DNA of 64,000 bases from Iphione sp. A-MEVVRFRX5. Its lineage: Eukaryota. Location: positions 33,604,001 through 33,668,000 of the forward strand of contig OZ320317.1 in the NCBI GenBank assembly GCA_976226885.1, in the 5' to 3' direction. Shown one piece after another: positions 12,701 through 24,600 of this stretch. The number at the start of each line of letters is the position of its first letter. Positions within the stretch are counted from its first letter, which is position 1. Below the pieces are notes generated by a model, which searched no databases, was not told where the DNA came from, and was given only the letters and a program-made list of their open reading frames with translations. The translations under genes and the position numbers were made by a program.

Positions 12701-15700
12701 TCATGGCCCATATCTAAAAGGCAACTGTTTGATTTATGATTATGCAACATGATTTAATTGCTTGCATTTTTTATGAAATTACCTAGCACTATCCTTGTGC
12801 CAGTCAGAATCACCTGAGAAGGCAGGATGTGACCTTGGCTAAAATTACTCTTCTTGAGATTCGATGGTCAGGTTTTACTTCTCTGAACTGATGATCTATA
12901 TCGCTCTGGTGAAATATGCTACAAACATTGTAGATTTTTTGCTGAAGATAAAGGGGCGTTAGAATACATGCGTTGGACACTTTTTTTTATTTCTGAGAGA
13001 ATTCTTGGGGAATTTGTTCACACGTAACAGTATTCCATGTAAGCACAAACTTCAACATCGTGTTCCCTTTCACTCCCCGTCGGAGCGATATCTGCCAGAA
13101 GGGCCTCGTCAATCCGTCCCGAATGCAGCTGGAACATTGGACCTTTGGCTTAGTGAAGTAGCACTCCTTTCACCCGAGCTAACTCCCCTGCGGCCCTATT
13201 TTTTACGGTTGACGTGCATTTAACCCACACATACATCACACCTTTATGGCCAATGAGCAGTCGCCTTTTTCCCCCTCAACTCAACCCATGTGGCCACCAC
13301 TCCTAATATTCTTACTTCCGAACGTGACAGGCGCTTTTTTCTCCTCTTGTTTTTCTTACCCTTATCAAGCGGGGAAGAAGTCTCGCGAGATGTCACCTTG
13401 CGGCAGGCGAGACTTGGCATGGACCGACATGGTACATGTCAGCGGGCGTGTATTGACCAATGAGAGGCCAGATGACATCAATCTGCAGGCCAGGTTGGCT
13501 GTTGGGAGCGTGGCTGGGGGTCTTTGCATGGGGGGAGGCCGGTGACCATTTGGACTGTGAGACCATTAGGTCCACTCCTGTATCCATCAGTCAAACATCT
13601 TCAGCGGGTAACGTGGGGTTTAGAAGAGCAGCCACAGCTGACCAGTGGCTTGCTGCTGACCGTGTCTGACCATTATGGATAATATGTGTATCAGTTTGTG
13701 ACCGTTATGTAAATGACTGTGTGAAGACTCTGTTGATTTATCCCTATGTGCATTTGCGTGTTAGTACATATGCCTCAGACTATTTGTCAGCATACGTGTA
13801 TTTACAGTGTGTGTTTATTCGCGTGTATAAACTTTCGATCTGATACATCCCTTCACATGAGGAAATTTGTATCCGTGGTTCTGTGTTTATGATAATCCGT
13901 GCCTCCAAGTGTGTATCTATTGGCTCGCCTGTGAGTACATGTGGCTCTCAAAAGGTAGTATCACATGTACGTTTATGTCGCCGTTCGTCTGATTGTGATT
14001 CCGTGAGCTCCGAGTGGCTGAATGGTGGAGTCAGCAGTATTTGTGACGACCCCCTCAGCAGGTCACCATCGAGACGCGGCCAGTTTGTCTTAATACTACG
14101 TGGAAGGGGGGCTTGACAGATTAGGGGATTTGCCTTCGGTGACGTGTGTGACTGTGGGAAGGGGACGATGGAACCATAGCGGGCTCATGGGAACGTGAAA
14201 TGTGTAGAAGGGAAACAAAAAGCACACAAGAGACCTGTGTATGTGCCTGTTTATGGGGCGTTGGGTGTTTGCATGAATTCGGAGGGACAGGGTTGGAAAT
14301 GTATGCTGTACTGGGAAATATGTCGATATGTTTGGTGTGAGGATGTGGCATAGGTTGGCTAACATGGATATCTTGGCAGACAATTTGTTCGTGCGAAGGT
14401 TATTCTCCGTGGAGTGATATACATACAGATAAATACATATTCCAGAGACTAACGAGAGAAACGTGTGAAAGCCTGGGTGGACACAAAGTGCAGAGAGCCA
14501 AAATGTTCTGGAAGAAAAGCTGGTTAATGCAGACAGGCAGCGCAAAAGTGACAGAGAGAAAGATATGTTTAAGTCGAACAACAAGAGACAGGGCAGGAAC
14601 CATGAGAAAGACCACGCCTTCATTGTGAATCAATCGTTGAAGCAAGGGAGAAAATAAAAGAGGACGGGTCAGAGAGCACGCGAGAAAAGGTGTTGGGGAA
14701 CAACAGGGACAAATTAACGGCATAGGAAGCCAGAATGAGAGAAACGAAGAACAGGCCCATTCAATGGTTTGGTTTTTATTTCCTTTCCATTATTCCCATA
14801 CATAATACACAGCATTGATCACACCAACATACACACAAACAAACCGTCCAGCTCTGGGAGAGTGAGTTGGGTAGGGGGAGACAAACGCTCTCTCGGAGGA
14901 ATGGAGGAGTTTTTAGCTAGTAGGACGTTCCCAGTGAATGGCAGGCACTTTCATCGGCGATCGAATCATTTCAGCCCCCGCCATGTGTAGCGGAGGTCGT
15001 GGACCCCAACAGTGAGAATCAATACCAATGGCCGGCCTGCGTTTTAGTTCTCTCACGCATTCACGCACGGACGTACACGTACCCACGAGTACTCATGCAC
15101 GCACAGACAGAAACACGTAGACACTCACAGTACGCACCCAACGAGGGTGACAAATTGCTGACAAGGCGGGGTGTGAATTATGGTACAGGCGCCAAGAATT
15201 ACATGCATGCATTCATATTAATGCACATGCATGCAAAATGTGACAGAACAGGCATAGCAAGGCATAATACTTGGTCCAACAGAGAAAATGTATGATCATA
15301 TTTGGTTATATTCATATCTTTTGTCTATACGAGCGCAACAGAAGGGAACAGCTTATCAGCTGGGAACGTTGCGAAAAGGATTCTAGAAGTAGAGAAGAGA
15401 AAGTTAATAGAGGAAATGTCAGGAGAAGATCAAGGGAGAGAAAATGAGCGGGAGAACCCGACGAGAAGCGGGTTTAGTGAAAGAGAGACAGAGAGACATA
15501 AATACCTTAAAAAATCAACATAGATGGAGAGTAACAAGCAGTTTGGCATATCACAACACATTACTTGATGAAAGACTTTTTTTTTAAGAATATGATTTAT
15601 ACGCCAGGCTTTTATCTACGCCAGTATTTTATAAAGTTATGTGAAGAACGAAATTTCTGAGCAGCGGTGCTTTTGGACAATGGCGTTTTCTTGCTTCACG

Positions 15701-18700
15701 TCCAAATTGCTCTGGATATTGCATGAGAGACCCACTTCTCTCTCGTGTGGCACGCACCTTGGTGTAACCCCTGCAGCCAGACGGATGGTGTCTCGACGCA
15801 AGCTCCAGTTTTTAAAGGCTATTTCTTTTAAGAAAAGGATAGTCTTTTTAATAATTGCTGTTTGCAAGAGCATTTCATGCATTGGTTCGACAATACTTCC
15901 CCGTGTAAGGCTGCACCAAGCCTGCTCAGCCTTCGGGACCCGCAATATGAAAGACTGGGTGAAAAACTTACCGTGATTAAATGTAGCTGTCAAACTTATA
16001 TGACTACAAGAGTTTATCGGGATATATTTTTAAGTTGAATTATCCTTGGTTGATGACAACCAGATAATCGTTTTATCATTTATCATCAAATCACTCATGC
16101 AACATCTCATATATGGTATAATCAAAGGAGAAAAAAATCCACTAGAAGAAGGATATAGAAGGATATACATATTTTAGAGGACCAATGTGCCACACATATT
16201 ATATTGAATACTGAAATTACCCGTATGAAAAGAAAGATTCATTGTAAATCAGGGAATACATGTATATCTAAACAGATCTAGACAAATATATCATAATACA
16301 GAATCAGTATAGAAACCAAAATGCTAAATAAATATGCAGCATTTATGCAGGTGAAGCACATCAAAAGGACAGAATCATTCCATACATTTTAAACTCCTTT
16401 TACTTCTGGTGTCTAGATGTATGAATAGCTTTGATGATAAAGAAAAAATCCAAGTAATGACTAAAAATAATGTTGGCTCTGAGAACGTTCAATTTCAAAC
16501 ATATCATGGTTGTGAAAATCCATCTATATGCAGTGGTGATACTTGTGATGGTAGAGGTCTACAACTATGGACGGAAACAAACGCACTAATCCGAAGAAAT
16601 GTTCTGCGGTACTGGAAGAGAATCAATGACAGCAAACACATAAAACCAAATAATGACAAAACCTTGTGTGATTGAGGCCCAGACAGGCGTCAATATTATG
16701 AGTTAAGTCTCTGTTAGTGCCTCTGGGCTGCGTCGGCTAAGCGACTACACCATTAGTCGGACCATTACACTAGGTGGTGTATTCAACATAATGCGGCTAC
16801 TCAATGGCTTACGATGGATGGTATTAGGTGGCGGCCGGGGTAAGAAGCAGCCATTGTTGGTGTAAGTCGGTGGGGTGAGCTACAATGATTCGCTCTATTT
16901 GGTAGTTGGTGAGGTAAAGATTTGTGTATGCTTGTGTTCGGTGGGAAATAGTGCTAGTTTTAATAGTTTTAGTAGTAGGGATCTTGGGCAGAATCAGTGA
17001 CTACTATTGTGCCATCGTGAGTGAGGATAAAAAAATGTGTTATCTGGTGCCAGGTGCTGCGTTGGGTTAATACATGGGGATTGGTGGTGTTATGTAATGG
17101 TGTGGGCTGGATGAATGGCCTATTTATGAGATCTAGAAATTATGATCTGTAGTGTTGGGTGGTGGATGCGGGTGTTATGATGATGAGTTGTGTTACATGC
17201 TAGTGACACAGCAAAATGGTCACTGTTGCCTATTATGCGACATATTGGGGTTATACATAGGTTTCTAGAGAGTATTGTAAAGTAAACAAATAGAAGTTCA
17301 CACCAGACCTATGGATTAAAAAAATCAGTTTATTTCCTTCCAAGGCCCAGCTTTATATAAGCCTTCAGGTGGGCTCTTGACCAATCGGAGCATTAATCTG
17401 ATGAAGATGGACAAATGGCCAATAAAATAATTCCTTGCCTTGTGAGCAAAATTTCAAATTATTCTAATTATTAAACATACTAGGGAGTAAAAAGACCATT
17501 TGATTGACCGATCGCTGAGCATAAGCGCAAGGAGCTAGCTTGACAATATTTCATCATAACATGAAAGTTTAAACGCCAGTGGTTTCATATTCTTTAGCAA
17601 TGCTGAGTCATTCAGTCACCTCACTGGTAGCCAGTATCACATATTAATCTGAAAACAATGTAAATATGAACAATAAAAAGTAGGATGATGTCCTCACCTC
17701 ATAGCGACGGGTGATGAAGTAGTATGCTAGAGCAAACTGCATTTGACATTCAACAGCACAAGAACCTGAGTTCAGTCACCAACTACACTGATGTCATAAA
17801 ACGTACAAGCTGGCCCTGACCTTGTACTTAAAATGATCCTGAGCATTACACACTCAAAGTGAGAGTCCAACACGAACTATGAAACCCATATATTCAGATT
17901 ACTTGCAAAGGATTTGACAGGTCATTTAAAACCATCGAATGAGTAAAGTGCATTATCCCCGTCGAATGTCTCAAGTCGGCGACTTTTGTAATGAAACATT
18001 TTCCTGACTCAATTGGAAGGCCTTGCATGCAGCAATAAAGTTTAATAGGTAATAAAGAGCATGTCTTATTCGGACATAATTGCCGTCTTAAATTATGCCA
18101 TTATGGATCAATATGAATGTTAGCCTGCTCGCGTTTTCTTCCCTGTAACCACCCATCCTCTACGACAAATCTACCAAGCTGCCTGTTCATGTGTACCTAA
18201 TGCAGTGTCACTGTAGATTGCATGATTTGATAGCAATTCTATAAGGTGAAAGTTTCATCAGGTCTAAAGAAAGGAAACAGACCTGGATGGTCTTGTAGAA
18301 GGCAAAGAGCTGTTTCTTTTAGTTAAGACCCGATCAGTGACGAAGGATTATCCACTAACTGAAAGACCTATAGTTTGATCACAGGCTGTGCCCGCGGGCC
18401 TTTCGGGGTATGGGATTTTCTTCGTGTTTCATATGAAGCTGTTTTTCTTATTAATCACTCCACGATACAACGTATTACCATTTAACTCTTCCCAAAATGG
18501 AACGTGACCATTTTCTCCTTAATTGTAATGTTAATTTCAACATATTTTTGAACAAACACATCATTGGGTTTTGGGGGAGAACTAACCCGAAAATGACTCT
18601 GCTGGAGTCAGTATGCAGAGTAAACACAAAAACGTCAATCTGGTGGGTATTACCAATCATGTTCGGAGATTCTTCGCCGACAGTGGCTTGTCTTGATGTA

Positions 18701-19657
18701 TAATGACAGCTTTTAAAGCAACGTGCATGGAATGCAACCTGAACTCCATGCATGCTGCAATCCTAGTGTGGAGTCAAGACCCAATTCAGTTTAAACCTCA
18801 CAATTTGTCAAAAGTGTTTTATAGGAAAACCATCAACCTGTGATTGGCGTTGCTCATGCCGTACGTGAGGTTATTAACTTTGAATTATGTCAAAATTTGT
18901 TGTGTTTTTACACGGAATGTTACAATTCTAAATATTCGGACTAATACAGCACGGAATACACCGTGCTGACAGTGGATACTTAAGTAGCTGAGAGAGACAA
19001 TCCATCTTACACGTTTGTCCATATTGGCCGGCTAACAACAGACATGCAGCACAATTGATCATGTCCTTTGACGTCGGGGCCTGTTTCATCCGGACAGGAA
19101 ATAAAATGAAAGAACCTGAAGAAATACTTAGCGTTGTTCGTACGATGGCTTGTCCTCATTACGGGACTGTCCATATTGTCGCCTTGTCCACAGTATGGGT
19201 TGTCCATATTAGACCGTTAAATTGCCCCCTCAAAGGATCCGATTGAAAGGTACATTTTTACCACCCACTTCTTCGGATAATGCAAATGATATGTAATATT
19301 GAAGTACCAATTTAAATACCATACGATTAAGAGCTGAAGAGAGATATCGCGAGGGTATCTGGGTATTTTTTCGTCTCAAAAGGACTGCACCTGCGTGAAG
19401 CTGTGGTGTTGAGTATAGATCAGGACGGAAGAATGCTACAGAAAGAGTCATACAACCACTGATTCGTTTGCTCCGAAGCGAGGTAAATGTCATAAGTAAG
19501 CTTGTCTAGAGACCTCTCTCAATGCAAAAGCAAACCAGAGGGGTTGTTTACCTGGGACAATGTGTCCATTAGTTGGTAAGCAATATGGCATCAGTAACTC
19601 AATTTCAGTTGCCATAAAAATCGGCACACTCAAAGGATGTGTATTTATACACGATAC

Positions 19658-19850
19658 TGTAGCGACAGCGGGGAATACGGAGGGACATTACGCGGAGGGG
19701 CGGAGGGTACGGAGGGAGTCTTGCAGAGGGATCTCAATTGCTATAAATATGCATTGTTTTTCGAATTTGTGGTCAGTTGTGCCTGTGCTCTTCAACAATA
19801 AACTTCATCTTCCTCAACTTATGTCGCCTTCATTATGGCGGAGGCCAACA
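19658..19850 (+). mobile_element. Solo LTR (193 bp) of a sister Gypsy family
   Basis: Starts TGT, ends ACA, and has a perfect 4-bp TSD ATAC (19654-57 and 19851-54). Contains an (A/G)CGGAGGG array, TATAAA (19742-47) and AATAAA (19797-802), and ends ATGGCGGAGGCCAACA, the same MAEAN end as the full element's LTR. Confidence 0.85.
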
Positions 19851-19924
19851 ATACAGAAGACTATAATCCACAATGAACACTTTGCTGTATATTACAATGG
19901 CCAATCGATATTGTTTGGATGGAA

Positions 19925-19942
19925 ATATATATATATATATAT
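19925..19942. repeat. (TA)n microsatellite
   Basis: Direct reading; lies between the solo LTR and the full-length element. Confidence 0.85.
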
Positions 19943-19982
19943 GTACATACGCTTGACATGAAAATCGTCAAAGGCAACGTAT

Positions 19983-20242
19983 TGTTAGCTTCGGCCATAG
20001 CGGAAATAATAAACGTCCAGACTGATCCAAATTTGACTTGAGTTTTTATTCCTGAGGAGTAACATCAACGACAAGATACAGGCGACAACTGAACTTCCCT
20101 CCGCGAACCCCACTCTTATATAGACAAACCATCCCTCCGTCCCTCCGCGGTCCTCCGCACCTCCGCACCTCCGCTAAACCAACAACGACAACCATAACTC
20201 CGCTAACCCCAGAAACTCCGCGAACCAACCAACCCCGCAACA
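19983..20242 (-). repeat. 3' LTR (260 bp)
   Basis: Matches 28393-28668 except for 2 substitutions and two fewer 8-bp CTCCGCAC units. Confidence 0.97.
20045..20050 (-). terminator. Polyadenylation signal AATAAA in the 3' LTR
   Basis: TTTATT on the + strand, downstream of the LTR TATA box in element orientation. Confidence 0.65.
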
Positions 20243-20252
20243 CTGCCCCCCC
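20243..20252 (-). other. Polypurine tract (GGGGGGGCAG)
   Basis: Purine-rich run immediately 5' of the 3' LTR on the minus strand. Confidence 0.8.
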
Positions 20253-20279
20253 GCAACACTTTTCTCGTCCCGAGAAAAA

Positions 20280-21308
20280 CTACACATAGTCATCCAATAC
20301 AACAGAAAACACTTCTTCTACCTCTAGAATGGCTAACTCATCATCGGTATAGAGTTCCAGGTCGTGATCCTCTATACTCAGTTCGTCAGGCCGTTCCATT
20401 TGCCGATGGAACCAAACGAGTATGTCTTTGGTATCCGTCTCGACGGAGTCTCTGTACAGTCTTAAAGTGTGACTCACACTGATGGTTAATCCGTGCACTT
20501 GTCGGGATAGTCTGCCCCTGCCCCGGGCGGAGCGGAGCTCCCAGCCGCGCGGAGGCGGTACATCGGCCGTCAGCGGTCGTGGTGACGCCCATCGCGACCA
20601 GATTTCCGCGTCCAACCGTCCCTCACGGGGCCGCCGGACTGCCTCAGCGGATAAGGTTTCTCTTCGCCTCCTCCGCGGCTCACGCTGCGCGTCGTGGGGG
20701 GCAGCCGGCCTGGCTGGCCCCCCATGTTCGCCCTCCCCCGGTCGTGAGGGAGGTTCCTCTCGATCCTCGCGCCCGAGCCCCTCAGGCAATGTCGGTGGTG
20801 GAGGGGCCGGCCTGGCCCCTTGCTGCACGTTGTGGGGGGTAGCCGGCCTGGCTGGCCCCCCGTGTTCGCCCTCCCCCGGTCGTGAGGGAGGTTCTCCGCG
20901 ATTCTCTTGCCCGGGTCTCTCGGGCAATGTCGGTGGTGGAGGGGCCGGCCTGGCCCCTGGCTGCGCGTCGTGGGGGGTAGCCGGCCTGGCTGGCCCCCCG
21001 TGTTCACCCTCCCCCGGTCGTGAGGGAGGTTCTCCGCGGTTCTCCTGCCCGGGCCTCGCCGACGATGTTGGCGGTGGCAGGACCGGCGGCGTGCCGTGGG
21101 GGGTAGCCGGCCTGGCTGGCCCCCTGTGCTCGTCCTCCCCCGGTCGTGAGGGAGGTTCTCCGCGATTCCCTTGCCCGGGTCTCGCAGGCGAGGTCTGCGG
21201 CGGAGGGGCCGGCCTGGCCCCTTGCTGCGCGTCGTGGGGGGTAGCCGGCCTGGCTGGCCCCCCGTGTTCGCCCTCCCCCGGTCGTGAGGGAGGTTCTCCG
21301 CGGTTCTC
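20280..21308 (-). CDS. C-terminal continuation of the pol/zinc-finger frame beyond a single in-frame TGA
   Basis: Same frame as 21309..27239 (27239-20927 is divisible by 3). Traced by hand with no further stop until TAG at 20280-82. Encodes the remaining Pro-rich repeats and an acidic tail ending ...EVEEVFSVVLDDYV. Confidence 0.75.
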   Translation of the reverse strand, partial: ENRGEPPSRPGEGEHGGPARPATPHDAQQGARPAPPPQTSPARPGQGNRGEPPSRPGEDEHRGPARPATPHGTPPVLPPPTSSARPGQENRGEPPSRPGEGEHGGPARPATPHDAQPGARPAPPPPTLPERPGQENRGEPPSRPGEGEHGGPARPATPHNVQQGARPAPPPPTLPEGLGREDREEPPSRPGEGEHGGPARPAAPHDAQREPRRRRRETLSAEAVRRPREGRLDAEIWSRWASPRPLTADVPPPRGWELRSARGRGRLSRQVHGLTISVSHTLRLYRDSVETDTKDILVWFHRQMERPDELSIEDHDLELYTDDELAILEVEEVFSVVLDDYV

Positions 21309-21614
21309 TCACCCGGGCCTCGCCGGCGATGTTGGCGGTGGAGGGACCGGTGGCGTGTCGTGGGGGGTAGCCGGCCTGGCTTTCCCCCCGTGTTCGCCCT
21401 CCCCCGGTCGTGAGGGAGGTTCCCCGCAATTCTCTTGCCCGGGTCTCGCAGGCGAGGTCTGCGGCGGAGGGGCCGGCCTGGCCTCTTGCTGCGCGTCGTG
21501 GGGGGTAGCCGGCCTGGCTGGCCCCCCGTGTTCGCCCTCCCCCGGTCGTGAGGGAGGTTCTCCGCGGTTCTCCTGCCCGGGCCTCGCCGGCGACGTCGGC
21601 GGCGGAGGGACCGG
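20682..21614 (-). repeat. Coding tandem repeat, about 7 units of 138/126 bp (46/42 aa; PARPGQENRGEPPSRPGEGEHGGPARPATPH...)
   Basis: First-codon + strand positions 21588, 21450, 21324, 21186, 21060, 20922 and 20784 give spacings of 138, 126, 138, 126, 138 and 138. Confidence 0.95.
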
Positions 21615-24600
21615 CTCGACCCTTTCCAGCGTAGAAGTCGGGGAGCCAGCCGAGTGGCCTCCCTGGCCGTGGGAGCTGTCCCCGGGTAGCGGTGAAGCGC
21701 TCATCGTTGCTACCAAGGCTCTCGTAGCCGTTGCCGTCTCAGTGGCTGGCGACGGCTGGCCCCCCTGGTTCGGCGGAGGAGGCTGGAGCTCCCCCGCCTG
21801 GCCCTTGGTCGTTTCACCTTCGGCAGCCCTCCTTCCTTGCCACTCTAGGACCTCTCGTGCCAGGCTTCTCGGGTCCCGCTGCGGTAGCCTCGTCGGTGGC
21901 TGCTGAACCGGTGGGGAGTCCCGGGAGCCTTCCTCCGCACCTGCTGGGGTGATGGCCTCATGGACCTCCACCACGCCTCCGACCTCCACGTACTGTAATT
22001 CCGTCGACGCCTGGGCCTTCTTCGTGGGTACATCCTCTTCCTCCTCCCCCGACACTGGCAACTTGTCAGCTAACTCTTCCTCGGAGGAGCTCTCCTTCCT
22101 TCCCCCGGTAACGCTCACCGGACCTTCGGCGGGGACGACTTGGAAGGTATCCCCAAACAAGCTCCTCAAGGTAGCGGCCACTGTTGCCACGTCCTGGGGG
22201 GAGGCTCGGGGGCCCTCCTCCTCGAGCCGCTTGATGATATCGCTGAGGCTTGCTGGCGTTGGGGGCAAGCTTGGTGTCGACAAATTCGATAGACGCCCGG
22301 CCCGCTGGTTCCTCGTCTCCGGTGTTTGTAACCGCGGAGTGGCTGCCCGGTCGGGCAAGGCCGGCGGTGTCCTCTGCTCGATGGACAAGGGCGAGGGAAC
22401 GGAGGGCAGCTGCCCCCCCTTCTTGCTGATCAAAGGGGAGAGAGCACGCCCTCGACCTCGCCCTCGCTTGGGGGCCAGCCCCCCTTCAGCTGCCCCCAAT
22501 CTTCTCTTCGCTGCCGGGCTGCCCTTCGCTGCTGCCTCCGCCGTCGTCGCTGGCGGCCCCAGCATTGCCCGTTCGAGGGCCTCCGCCGCCTCCACCACCC
22601 TCGCCACCGTAGCGGGGGAGCTGCCCGGGGTACCGGGGTGTCTAACCTGCAAGTCGGAGATAGTCCCCCTCAGTTCCTTGCAAAGCGATCTTGGGGATTT
22701 TTCCTCCGCCGCCATCTGCTTCTTCCTTGGGGGAGACCTCGCCGTCGCTCTCCTAGGGGTCCCTCCGCGGGTCCGCACCCCTTTCCTCTTACGGGGAGGC
22801 GAAACTGCTGTTGAGGTGGAGGCCTCAGGCTCCCACTCACTGTCACTTGCCTCAGTTACCGCGGTGCCCTCCTCGCTCGTCTCGCTATCAGCAGGTTTGG
22901 CCGCCGCTGCTACTGCCACCGACTTGGGTCGACCTCCGGAACTCCCCTCACTCTCTTCCCCCGAGCCTCCGTCCTCTCCCTCCTCCTCGACTGCTTCGAC
23001 CCTTGCTCCCTGTGCCGCCACGGCTGGGCTCTTCTTCTTCTTTCCCCGACCGGTCTTCACCTCCGCCGCCTTGCCCTCCGCTTTCTTCGTCGGTGGCTCG
23101 CTGGGCCGCCCTCTGAGGGTGCTCGAACCCCCCACTCTGAAGAACTTGAAGTAGCCCTCCTTCGACTTCTTAAGGAGGGCTTTTACTCCGCCCTCCTCCT
23201 CGTGCTGCCTCGTCTCCAAATGTCTTTTGAGATCCTCCCAGCGTGAGAAGACCTTCTCTTTACACCGGGCCGACGGACACGGCCACGCATAACCTTCCTC
23301 TGCGTGCAATCGGGTATGCCTCTGAAGATTATCCTTTCGGTCGCATGTATAGGTGCATTGATCGCATTTATACACGAGGTCCTTCTTCCTAGTCATCTTA
23401 GCGGGTCGAGAGGAGTTATGAAGTCCTTCGAACGGTGCAGGCGACTTTATACTTCGCTGACCGCGGAGGTGTGAGTTGCTTCCCTCCGCCGAGCTTTGAT
23501 TGGCTGAGGGTTCCCGCCTCAAACTCGCCAGCGTAACGGTCGCTGTCGCCGGGGAATCCCTCACCGCGGAGGCCGTAGACACCTTTCCTGGCTTCAGTAA
23601 GTCTGCATGGACCACCTTCTCGTGTCGCCCTTTCTGTACTCGATAGACGGCGGAGGATAGAGCCTCCCTCACGACCCACGGCCCTTGCCAGAACCTCTGC
23701 AGCTTCGGAGACAGTCCTTTCTTCTTTAGTGGGTGGAACAGATAAACCGTGTCCCCTGGTTGGTAGTCGGTGTGCCTGACCTTTTTGTTATACCAGTCTG
23801 TCTGGCGGGCAATCCCCTCGTTCATGCGATGATAGGTCAGATCGTGTGCCGCCCTAACTCGCTCCCTCAGGTCAGCTGCGTAGGAGTACACATTCCCCTC
23901 TTCCTCATCCTCCTCCGCGGGTGGGCCTCCGTAGGCCAACTGAAGGGGGAGGGTGGTTTCCCTGTGAAGCATCAGGAAGTTTGGCGAGTATCCGGTCGTT
24001 CGATGAGGCGTAGCACGATAGGCCGCCGTTACGAATGGTAGCCGTAGATCCCAATCAGACTGGTTATCTTCCGCCGAGGTAGCGAGCATATGCTGGAGAG
24101 TTCGATTAAACCTCTCTACCTGGCCGTCGGCTTGAGGGTGGTAGGGGGTGGTCCGAGTCTTCTCTACTCCACATAGGCGTAGCACCTCCGCGACCAGCCT
24201 GGCCTCGAAATTTCTTCCTTGGTCACTATGTAGCACCCGTGGGGGCCCAAACCGACACACCAACTCCCTCACCAGAACGTCGGCGGTGTCCTCCGCTGTC
24301 AAGGTACTCAAGGGGAAAGCCTCGGACCATTTAGTGAAGTGGTCTGAGGCTACTAGTACATACTTGGCACCACGAGCTGTCTCGGGGAAAGGACCCAGCA
24401 CATCAACAGCCACCATCTCCCACGGTCCCCCGGGCTGCCTCCGCTGTAGCCGGGTACGCCGCCGACAGTTGGGACTCCTCCGCTCCAAACACGAACGGCA
24501 TCCGCTTCCCCAGACTTGGATATCGCGCGACATTCCTGGCCAGAAGTACTTCGTTCTCAGGAGCCCCGCCGTCTTCTCCGGTCCTAGATGCCCTCCAAAG

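Noticed and set aside
20682-21614. Repeat array as CRISPR-like
   Set aside because: No unique spacers; the units are in-frame coding repeats inside a eukaryotic retrotransposon.
20482-23154. Long antisense ORFs (20482..21906 and 21949..23154; also 24148..24912 and 26449..27084) as an antisense gene
   Set aside because: All are in the frame whose third positions coincide with the sense frame. Stops there require sense Tyr or His/Gln codons, which are scarce in this GC-rich low-complexity protein, so these are shadow ORFs.
20280-23396. Extra ORF as an env gene
   Set aside because: No signal peptide, no furin site followed by a fusion peptide, and no transmembrane segment; it has zinc fingers and NLS-like motifs instead.
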